Source: Candidatus Doudnabacteria bacterium (lineage in GTDB: Bacteria; Patescibacteriota; JAQUNI01). From it: a stretch of 64,000 bases of DNA. Under the pieces are notes generated by a model, which did not search any database, was not told the DNA's origin, and saw only the letters and a list, made by a program, of their open reading frames with translations. Positions within the stretch are counted from its first letter, which is position 1. The number at the start of each line of letters is the position of its first letter. The translations under genes were made by a program, and so were the position numbers. The stretch spans positions 1,906 through 65,905 of the forward strand of contig JBAZQX010000007.1 in NCBI GenBank assembly GCA_041644975.1. Reading direction: 5' to 3'. Positions 56,536 to 64,000 of this stretch are shown piece by piece.

Positions 56536-58971
56536 TTAAACCCAAGTCACACTCGCGACCTTGTCCTCGTTTTTGAACCGCATCAGGGTTACGCCTTGGG
56601 TGGCGCGGGATTGTTTGGAAATGCTGTTAATCAGCATCCGAATGACCTGACCGCGCGCGGATATTAGAATCAAGTCCTGCTCTTCTTTGCCTAAAATCTT
56701 CATCGCCACTAAATTGCCGTTTTTCGCCGTAATCTTCGCGGTTTTAATCCCTTTACCGCCCCGCTTTTGGACTTTGTATAGATTCAAAGGCGTGCGTTTG
56801 CCATAGCCTTTTTCCGTCACCACTAACACTTGAAATCCCGTAATCGCGTATTGGCGCGGAATAATCTCCATAGCGATTACAGCGCCATCTTGTTCCAGAG
56901 TAATGCCTTTGACCCCTGCCGCGGTCCGACCCATCGGTCTAATATCCGCCTCGCGAAAACGAATAGATTGGCCTCGGCGGGTAGCAAGCATCACTTCATC
57001 CGAGCCGGTGGAGGCTTCCGCCCATTCCAGGATGTCGCCTTTGCGCAAATGAATCGCTACTAGACCGCTACGGCGGACATTGGCGTATTCAGAGAGTTTG
57101 GTCTTTTTCACCACTCCTTGCTGGGTCGCCATCATCAAATATTTAAATTTGTGTTCTTTGGGAATCGCGACCATCGCGGTAACTTTTTCCTCTGCCGCCA
57201 CTTGGATAAAATTCACAAGGAGCTGACCCTTAGCGGCGCGGCCTGATTCTGGAATCTCGTAAGCCTTGAGCTGAAAAACGCGGCCGCGATCCGTGAAAAA
57301 ATATAAATCCGAATGAGTGGTGGTTACAAAACAACAGCGCATCACGTCTTCTTCCTTAACCTTCTGGCCGGCGACGCCCTTGCCTCCTCGGCTCTGCGCC
57401 CGATAAACATCAGGCTTCATCCGCTTAATGTAGCCGCCGCGCGTCAGGCTAAGAATAGTTTCCTCATCGGCAATCAAATCTTCATCGGAAAATTCGCCTA
57501 CTTTTTTCTTTAAGACGCGCGTCCTGCGTTCATCGCCATATTTTTCTTTAAGCATCTTCAATTCTTCCTTGACCACGCCCCAAATCCTTTTCTCGGAAGC
57601 GAGCATACTTTCCAATTCAGCGATGAGTGTCTGCTTTTCCTTTAATTCATCTAGAATCTTCTTCCGCTCCAAACCCGCCAATGAGGACAAGCGCATTTCC
57701 AAAATCGCGCTCGTCTGCTCCTCTGTAAACTTAAATTTCATCATTAAATTGCGATGCGCCAATTCCTTGGTTTTGCTCTCCCGAATGGTGGTGATCACAA
57801 GGTCTAATTTATCCAAAGCCCTCTTTAAGCCTTCCAAGATATGCTCGCGCGCTTTCGCTTCCGTCAAATCAAAACGGGTGCGGCGGGTCACCACCTCCTT
57901 GCGATGATCCAAATAATATTCTAAAATATTTTCTAAGGGCAAAACCCGCGGTTGAATACCGTCCACGAGCGCGAGCATATTCACATGAAAAGTGGACTGC
58001 AGGGAGGTGAGAACAAAAAGACGATTCAAAACCTTCTGGGGATAGGCTTCTTTTTTCAAAAAAATCACGAGCCGTATCCCTTCGCGGTCTGATTCGTCGC
58101 GGATATCGCGGATGCCTTGGATCTTTTTGTTCTTCACAAGCTCCGCGATTTTTTCAATGAGTAAGGTTTTATTTACTTGGTAGGGAAGTTCAGTAATAAC
58201 AATATCAAAACCGCCCTTCTTGGTTTCCACAATCTGTGTTTTCGCGCGCATCACAATTGATCCTCGCCCCAGAGCGTATGCTTGACGAATAGCGCTATAA
58301 TCGTAAATCTGACCTCCTGTCGGAAAATCCGGACCTTTAATATATTGCATTAAATCCTCAACGGTGGCGCTTTCGCGGTGGTCAATTAAATAAGTAAGAG
58401 CGTCTATAACCTCGCCTAAATTATGCGGAGGGATATTAGTTGCCATCCCCACCGCGATCCCGATTGTTCCGTTTAAAATGAGTTCCGGAAAAAGGCCGGG
58501 CAAAACAGAGGGTTCTCTGCGCGTGCCATCATAGTTATCCCGCCAAGTAACCGTCGCTTTGTTTAAATCGCGCATCATCTCCTCGGCAAAAGTCTTCATC
58601 CGCGCCTCGGTATAGCGCATCGCCGCCGGAGGGTCGCCATCTATGGAGCCAAAATTTCCTTGGCTGTCAATTAAGGGATAACGCATCTTGAATTGCTGCG
58701 CCAGATGCACCATAGAAGGGTAAACAATCATTTCACCGTGGGGATGATAATTACCCGAAACGTCGCCGCAGATCTTAGCGCTCTTCCTAAAACGTCCGCG
58801 CGGGGAGAGCCCTAAGTCGTTCAAGGTCACTAGAATCCGCCGTTGGACCGGTTTTAAACCATCGCGCACATCAGGGAGCGCCCGATCAATAATGACGCTC
58901 ATTGCGTAATCCAAATAAGATTCCTCCATTTCTTCTGTAATCTGACGCGATTTAATATAGCCAAGTTCCAT
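56536..58971 (-). CDS. gyrA: DNA gyrase subunit A
   Basis: EESYLDYAMSVIIDRALPDVRDGLKPVQRRIL, an active-site Tyr region, and a C-terminal beta-pinwheel. Length 811 aa. Confidence 0.95.
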   Translation of the reverse strand: MELGYIKSRQITEEMEESYLDYAMSVIIDRALPDVRDGLKPVQRRILVTLNDLGLSPRGRFRKSAKICGDVSGNYHPHGEMIVYPSMVHLAQQFKMRYPLIDSQGNFGSIDGDPPAAMRYTEARMKTFAEEMMRDLNKATVTWRDNYDGTRREPSVLPGLFPELILNGTIGIAVGMATNIPPHNLGEVIDALTYLIDHRESATVEDLMQYIKGPDFPTGGQIYDYSAIRQAYALGRGSIVMRAKTQIVETKKGGFDIVITELPYQVNKTLLIEKIAELVKNKKIQGIRDIRDESDREGIRLVIFLKKEAYPQKVLNRLFVLTSLQSTFHVNMLALVDGIQPRVLPLENILEYYLDHRKEVVTRRTRFDLTEAKAREHILEGLKRALDKLDLVITTIRESKTKELAHRNLMMKFKFTEEQTSAILEMRLSSLAGLERKKILDELKEKQTLIAELESMLASEKRIWGVVKEELKMLKEKYGDERRTRVLKKKVGEFSDEDLIADEETILSLTRGGYIKRMKPDVYRAQSRGGKGVAGQKVKEEDVMRCCFVTTTHSDLYFFTDRGRVFQLKAYEIPESGRAAKGQLLVNFIQVAAEEKVTAMVAIPKEHKFKYLMMATQQGVVKKTKLSEYANVRRSGLVAIHLRKGDILEWAEASTGSDEVMLATRRGQSIRFREADIRPMGRTAAGVKGITLEQDGAVIAMEIIPRQYAITGFQVLVVTEKGYGKRTPLNLYKVQKRGGKGIKTAKITAKNGNLVAMKILGKEEQDLILISARGQVIRMLINSISKQSRATQGVTLMRFKNEDKVASVTWV

Positions 58972-59030
58972 AAATTTGGAATCAGGAATAAGGAATTATG
59001 AATTAAGAATAAAGAAATCTTTCCGTTTTA

Positions 59031-59681
59031 CTATTCCTGATTCATGATTCCCGATTCATTATTCCCACTGATTTTAAACACAAAATTAAACTGCTCTCTC
59101 GCTCCTTCACTTCGGACGCCCATAATGGATAAAGTGAAAGGCTTTTGAGGCTCTAGGGCTGGAAAATGCAAGGCGCCACTTACTTCGTTTTTAGCCGCGA
59201 CCAAATCCGGCAGAGGGTAATCTACTACTTTTTCTCTTTCTAATTCTGAAAATTCTTTTTCCTCCTGAATAATCTTGATTTTACTCTCTCCGGAAGGGCG
59301 CAATAAAACCCGCTCCTCCCCTGTATTACTAACAAATACATAGACCCAGGCTATCTTCTCCTTAAAAACTATATTCACAAGCGTAATTTCCACATTTCCC
59401 TTGTTCTGGGTTTGGTTTACCTCTTTGCGGAGCAAAACAGAGCCGCTGTCTTCGCTTTGAAACTGCTCCTTCGCGCTCCCCAGTCCTGAATCTAATTTCA
59501 TCCCTTCCTTGCCCTTCTCTAATATCTCTCTCAACCCTCCTAGGTTCTGGCTTACTTTCTGACTATTGATTCTGAAATTAAAAGTCTGCAACCAAAAGAC
59601 ACCAATACCGACCGCGCAAACAGCCACCAATAAAAAAACCACTTTTTGTTTGAAAGCAACTGATTTATTCTGCAAACTCAC
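59031..59681 (-). CDS. Hypothetical secreted/membrane-anchored protein
   Basis: N-terminal TM/signal segment. Overlaps the upstream gene's stop by 4 nt. Confidence 0.5.
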   Translation of the reverse strand: MSLQNKSVAFKQKVVFLLVAVCAVGIGVFWLQTFNFRINSQKVSQNLGGLREILEKGKEGMKLDSGLGSAKEQFQSEDSGSVLLRKEVNQTQNKGNVEITLVNIVFKEKIAWVYVFVSNTGEERVLLRPSGESKIKIIQEEKEFSELEREKVVDYPLPDLVAAKNEVSGALHFPALEPQKPFTLSIMGVRSEGAREQFNFVFKISGNNESGIMNQE

Positions 59682-60322
59682 TGTTTTTTTAATATTTTAA
59701 TCTCGGTTTCCTCGCTAGTAAGATCTTTTTTTCTAATCTTCAATTTATCCAGTTGCGACTCGGGCGATGTTCCCATTTCCTCGCAGAATTTACTCAAAGG
59801 TTCAAGATTTCTTTCTTTTTTTGCTCCAGGTATATCATAATGCATAGGAATCACCAAGCGCGGTTCAATCTGGCTGACGAGTTCGGGGATTTTGTCGCTA
59901 GACAGGGCATTTTTACTCCCCGCAGAAACAAAAAGAATATCCACATCACCCAAGGCGTCAACCATTTCCTCGGAAAGAAGATGCCCTAAATCACCAAGGT
60001 GCACCAGAACCATACCTTCCACAATATAGCGGTAGATAATATTACCGCCGCGCTCTTTACCCTCCTCACCGTCATGAAAGGCGGGTAAACCTATAATATA
60101 GACATCTTTCACCTCATATTCACCCGGGCTATCAATAATAAAAGGCTCGCCAATAATCCCTGAAACGTAATTATGGTCAGAATGATTATGGCTCACCGTC
60201 ACAATATCAGCCTTGATTTTTATGCCCCTTAAACCCGTTCCAGAACCAAAAGGATCTGTTAAAAGAATCAGGTCTTTGATTTGAATTTTGAAACAAGAAA
60301 ATCCAAGCCAAGAGATAATCAT
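59678..60322 (-). CDS. MBL-fold metal-dependent hydrolase (UPF0173-like)
   Basis: TDPFGSGTG...VTVSHNHSDHNYV metallo-beta-lactamase His motif. Confidence 0.8.
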   Translation of the reverse strand: MIISWLGFSCFKIQIKDLILLTDPFGSGTGLRGIKIKADIVTVSHNHSDHNYVSGIIGEPFIIDSPGEYEVKDVYIIGLPAFHDGEEGKERGGNIIYRYIVEGMVLVHLGDLGHLLSEEMVDALGDVDILFVSAGSKNALSSDKIPELVSQIEPRLVIPMHYDIPGAKKERNLEPLSKFCEEMGTSPESQLDKLKIRKKDLTSEETEIKILKKQ

Positions 60323-60339
60323 ATTTCTTTCAGTAATCA

Positions 60340-60442
60340 GTAATTAGTAATTGGTAATTGGTAATTTTGGCACCTCGAGCCAATAATTTCCTGATTACTG
60401 ATTACTGATTACCGATTACCGATTACTTACAGATTACTAATT
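60340..60442. repeat. Family G element (inverted taatcag/taattag/taattgg-type arms around ggcacctcgagcc), upstream of rpsA
   Basis: cagtaatcagtaattagtaattggtaattggtaatt...cctgattactgattactgattaccgattaccgattac. Confidence 0.65.
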
Positions 60443-60547
60443 TATTTTAGCATAATGTATTTGGTTTGACAACAATCATCTTTACGGATATAATGGGCAA
60501 TAGAATGAACATTTAAGAGGCGATATCCATTTTGCCTATCATTTTTT

Positions 60548-61801
60548 ATGAAAAAAATCGGGGATAAAAAATCCAAGAAAACTGAATTAAAATCACCAAG
60601 GAAAAATTCTTTAGGCGCTTTTTTAGCGAAAAAAGAAAAGAATAAAGAAGACTCAACAATGCACAAATTGCTCAAAGAGAAAACGAACCTCTTTAAGATA
60701 CCTCAAGTGGGAGAAATCATTAAGGGTAAAGTGATGCGCCAAGCGAAGAATGAGATAGAAGTAGACGTGGAAGGCATTGGCGTGGGTGTTATTCGCGGTC
60801 CCGAACTTTATCAAAATCCTGATCAAGAAATGAAAATCGGGGATCAAATCGCCGCCACTATTCTAGAGGTGGAAAATGAGGACGGCAGAATGGAGCTCTC
60901 TTCAAAAAGAGCCTACCGCGACGCCGCTTGGGAGGAAATTAATAAAATTATTGAAAATCACGAAACCATTGAGGTCAGAATCACCCAGGCGAATAAAGGC
61001 GGACTCTTAACCCAAGTGAAGGGGATCGCGGCCTTCCTGCCAGTTTCCCAACTGCATCACGAACACTACCCGAGGGTGGAAGACGCGGATCGCAATAAAA
61101 TCCTCACCAAATTGAACAAACTCGTAAATCAAACCTTGAAGGTCAAAATTATTGACGCCAACGCAGAGGAAGATCGTCTGATCATCTCGGAAAAACAAGC
61201 TACCTCCGAGGAGCAGAAGGATATTTTGGATAAACTCAAAGCCGGTGATATCGTAGAAGGGGAAATTACGGGCGTGGTTAACTTCGGCGCCTTTATGCGT
61301 TTTGATGATCTGGAAGGGTTGATCCACATCTCGGAATTAGCCTGGCAACGCATTGAGAATCCCGAAGACATTGTTAAAGTCGGTGACAAGGTCAAAGCTA
61401 AAATCATCAGCATTGACGCTAATCGCATATCTCTTTCCTTAAAATCCCTGCAAAAAGATCCTTGGGAGAAAAAAATTAAAAAATATAAAGTCGGCAATAC
61501 CGTAGAGGGAGAAATTACCAAATTATCTCCTTTCGGCGCCTTTGTGCAACTGGATGAGGATATTCATGGTCTCGCGCATATCTCCGAAATAACAGACGAT
61601 CCATCGCAGTTGGAGAATATGGTCAAGATAGGGGAAAAAAGAAAATTTAAAATTCTTTCCATTGAACCTCAAGAACACCGCCTGGGTTTATCTATGAAGG
61701 CTTTAACCGAGGAAAAACCCCAAAAGGAAACTAAAACTCCCAAAGCAGCAAAGAAAAAAACGGCTAAAAAAAAGAAGGTATCCGCTAAAGCTAAAAAATA
61801 A
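60548..61801 (+). CDS. rpsA: 30S ribosomal protein S1 (four S1 domains, Lys-rich N- and C-terminal tails)
   Basis: Repeated S1 OB-fold motifs (GEIIKGKV, GDIVEGEITGVVNFGAFMRF, GNTVEGEITKLSPFGAFVQL...HISE). Confidence 0.85.
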   Translation: MKKIGDKKSKKTELKSPRKNSLGAFLAKKEKNKEDSTMHKLLKEKTNLFKIPQVGEIIKGKVMRQAKNEIEVDVEGIGVGVIRGPELYQNPDQEMKIGDQIAATILEVENEDGRMELSSKRAYRDAAWEEINKIIENHETIEVRITQANKGGLLTQVKGIAAFLPVSQLHHEHYPRVEDADRNKILTKLNKLVNQTLKVKIIDANAEEDRLIISEKQATSEEQKDILDKLKAGDIVEGEITGVVNFGAFMRFDDLEGLIHISELAWQRIENPEDIVKVGDKVKAKIISIDANRISLSLKSLQKDPWEKKIKKYKVGNTVEGEITKLSPFGAFVQLDEDIHGLAHISEITDDPSQLENMVKIGEKRKFKILSIEPQEHRLGLSMKALTEEKPQKETKTPKAAKKKTAKKKKVSAKAKK

Positions 61802-62064
61802 TTTTCGCCGTATTTTTTCTTTTTTTTAAGAGTTATCTCCGAGCAGAATCAAGCTCGGATTTATAATAAACGTAAAATTTAAAAATCAAAATGCAAAATG
61901 ACCCGCCCGCCTTGACTTCGCCCCTAGTTAAAAATGTTAAATCTTACTAAAATGACTAGACTTTTATCAAGGAATTATCCTGAATGTTAGTCAAGGCGAA
62001 GTCGGGCGCGGCAAATCAAAATGTTAAAATGATTTCGGGAATTATACTTTCTCCTTTCACTTCT

Positions 62065-62215
62065 AAGAATTATTCTAATTGTTCTAATTGACCTAATTAA
62101 CCTAAGGAATGACCAATAACCAAATCCCAATGACTAAATTTCATTTTTAGGTATTGGTCATTAGGTATTGGGGTTTATTTAGAATAATTAGAACAATTAG
62201 GTTAAGTAGAATAAT
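62065..62215. repeat. ~150-bp AT-rich imperfect palindrome (ttctaattgttctaattgacctaattaacctaa ... ttagaataattagaacaattaggttaag) with a palindromic centre, upstream of tilS
   Basis: Inverted arms and a centre of aatgaccaataacc...ggtattggtcatt. Confidence 0.55.
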
Positions 62216-62314
62216 TTTAAATGAAATCTTACCGCGCCCCTTCACGAGCTACACTTGATGTGGCGGGCGGGAAAGGTAAATTCCCATTTTTAAATTTTAC
62301 ATTGCTCTAAAAAT

Positions 62315-63253
62315 ATGTTAGAAAAAGTTAACCAAATAATTAAACAAAATTGCCTTATTAAAGAAGGCGACACTGTAATCGTCGCTCTTTCCGGCGGTCC
62401 GGATTCGGTTTGCCTGACCCATATCTTATGGCAACTGCAAAAAAAGCTGGGATTCAAAATCATTCTGGCGCATTTAAACCACAACTTACGCGGAAAAGAA
62501 AGTGATAGCGATAGCCGTTTTGTCCAAAGATTAGCAAAAAAACTAAACCTGCCTTTGGAAAATAAAAAGTTGCGGAAAAAGCCGAAAAACGAAGCGACCG
62601 CAAGAGAAGCCCGTTATGCTTTTCTGGAACGAGTAAGAAAAAAACACGAGGGGCGGGGCATCGCGGCAGCGCACACGGCTGACGACCAAGTAGAAACTAT
62701 TCTTTTAAACTTCTTGCGCGGGGCGGGGCTCGCTGGACTCTCGGGTATGCAGCCTAAAAACAACTTCCTGATCCGTCCGCTTTTAGAATGCGGGCGCGGA
62801 GAAATTCTCGGCTATCTTAAAAAGAATCATCTCACTTATCGCAACGACTCGTCAAATTTTGATTTAAAATATACCCGCAATAAAATCCGACACAAGCTCT
62901 TGCCTCTTTTGGAAAAAGAATACAATCCGCAAATCAGGAAAAATCTCCTCAAACTCGGAGAAGTGAGCCACGCCGCAGAAGAGTATATTAGCGAGGAGGC
63001 TAAAAATTTTATCCGCCGCAATCCCCATCCTCTTCCCCTAAAATCTTGGCAAACCCTGCCTCCTATTTTAAAAACAGAAACCTTAAAGCAGATGATCGGC
63101 TCTATCTCGGGTGAAGTCAAAGATATTTACGCCGTCCATCTAAAAGAGATGGTAAAAATGCTGGAAAGCCCCCGCGGCAATAAAAAAAAGAACCTGCCGC
63201 ATGGGTTGCAGATTCTCAAGAAAGATGGTAGAATTTTGGTGTTCAAAGCTTAG
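62315..63253 (+). CDS. tilS: tRNA(Ile)-lysidine synthetase
   Basis: VIVALSGGPDSVCL PP-loop. Length 312 aa. Confidence 0.9.
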   Translation: MLEKVNQIIKQNCLIKEGDTVIVALSGGPDSVCLTHILWQLQKKLGFKIILAHLNHNLRGKESDSDSRFVQRLAKKLNLPLENKKLRKKPKNEATAREARYAFLERVRKKHEGRGIAAAHTADDQVETILLNFLRGAGLAGLSGMQPKNNFLIRPLLECGRGEILGYLKKNHLTYRNDSSNFDLKYTRNKIRHKLLPLLEKEYNPQIRKNLLKLGEVSHAAEEYISEEAKNFIRRNPHPLPLKSWQTLPPILKTETLKQMIGSISGEVKDIYAVHLKEMVKMLESPRGNKKKNLPHGLQILKKDGRILVFKA

Positions 63254-63515
63254 CAAGCGCTTTTATCCTTTTTAATAACTCATAAGACTTAACGGCATCT
63301 CCTATTAAGACCCATTCATTCGAAATGTCATCTAGCTTACCCCCTGATATAGGATCGGAATCGTGGCAGAGATCGGATTTTAGGTTTCCCACTCCTTCCC
63401 TCAAGTCACATTCCATTCGTGTCGCCTGCGGATCATTTTGAATCTCATCTAAACGATTAATCTCTCTTTCCGCTTGAACGATAAGTTCCCGCGCCTCTTT
63501 CATTGTAATACTCAT
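63243..63515 (-). CDS. Hypothetical protein
   Basis: ORF of 90 aa. Overlaps the tilS 3' end by 11 nt on the opposite strand. Confidence 0.35.
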   Translation of the reverse strand: MSITMKEARELIVQAEREINRLDEIQNDPQATRMECDLREGVGNLKSDLCHDSDPISGGKLDDISNEWVLIGDAVKSYELLKRIKALAKL

Positions 63516-63569
63516 GGGTTCCCTCCTTTGAAAACACGGTTAGTAAGAAAGAGCCATTTTATAACCTTA

Positions 63570-63743
63570 CCTCGAATTCGAAATTCGTTTTGTCATTGCG
63601 AGGAGGGCGTCAAGCCCGATCCCTCGCTTCCGCTCGGGACAGGCTCCGCAATCTCATCGAGCTGTTATTCATACAGATTTAGGAGATTGCTTCGGTCGGC
63701 ATCAAATGCCTCCCTCGCAATGACGATACATTCCGTAATTCAC
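63570..63743. repeat. Complete family A MITE-like element (CGAATTCGAAATTCG...TTCCGTAATTCAC termini, GTCATTGCGAGGAGGGC...CCTCGCAATGACG inner inverted repeat)
   Basis: Near-identical to 48745-48952 and 55841-56016. ORF 63474-63782 is partly an artefact. Confidence 0.8.
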
Positions 63744-63810
63744 AGAACCTTAAAATCCTGCGATGTGAATTATTTATCATAATAGACAATTTTATTTTTG
63801 TCAACAAAAT

Positions 63811-64000
63811 ATGAAAAATATGAAAAACGTTGTTAAAAATTTATTAATCGCCTTTGTGGTTTTTCTGTTTATTGCGGGCTTTTTTTCTCTCTATAACGCT
63901 CCCGGCTTTGAGCAACGCAAACAGGTCTCTTTAACCACTTTAGCCCAAGAGATTAAAGGTGGCGAGGTGAAAACCATTGAAATTCAAGAAGACAAATTAA
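63811..64000 (+). CDS. ftsH: ATP-dependent zinc metalloprotease FtsH, N-terminal fragment (3'-truncated by the window edge)
   Basis: MKNMKNVVKNLLIAFVVFLFIAGFFSLY TM helix, then ...QVSLTTLAQEIKGGEVKTIEIQ, which matches the FtsH N-terminal extracytoplasmic domain start. Confidence 0.55.
   Translation, partial: MKNMKNVVKNLLIAFVVFLFIAGFFSLYNAPGFEQRKQVSLTTLAQEIKGGEVKTIEIQEDKL

Overview
This low-GC bacterial chromosomal segment looks like a Candidate Phyla Radiation / Patescibacteria-type genome. Its coding density is dominated by small proteins. Housekeeping genes on both strands include rsmA, trmD, a KH-domain protein, tig, an H+-pyrophosphatase, nusA, yraN, rnhB, purC, purB, purD, infB, rbfA, nrnA, clpP, gyrA, rpsA, tilS, the ftsH start, and the 3' end of an ELP3-like gene. 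Envelope-related genes include a type IV pilin, CapA, an O-antigen ligase, an M23/LysM peptidase, two 3D-domain proteins and a bactofilin. A minus-strand 16S rRNA gene (~2.2 kb) carries three insertions. It is followed by tRNA-Ala and two tRNA-like fragments, with no linked 23S. Other tRNAs are Leu(TAA), Cys(GCA), Gly(GCC) and Arg(CCT). A tRNA-Phe(GAA) is interrupted in its anticodon loop by a ~264-nt group I intron showing R/S-like core elements. The most striking feature is the density of modular palindromic, MITE-like repeat families, at least eight of which share termini or cores. Almost every intergenic region contains one. Several sit in frame inside coding genes: a peptidase E gene split by two copies of a 35-bp perfect palindrome, an O-antigen ligase carrying a repeat, and CDS ends extended into repeats. 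There are also candidate acquired or mobile regions. These are a tRNA-Leu 3'-end duplication beside a truncated serine recombinase with a SAM-methyltransferase / B12-radical-SAM cargo, a GIY-YIG gene with partial tRNA-Cys duplication, purD flanked by 20-bp direct repeats next to tRNA-Arg, and a TrmB + membrane-protein cassette flanked by ~250-bp direct repeats. The best candidate for an undescribed system is a three-gene minus-strand operon beside the rRNA/tRNA cluster. It comprises a hypothetical protein, a membrane M48 Zn-metalloprotease, and a fusion of an AbiEii-type nucleotidyltransferase, a WYL domain and a zinc-finger tail. No CRISPR array was seen.
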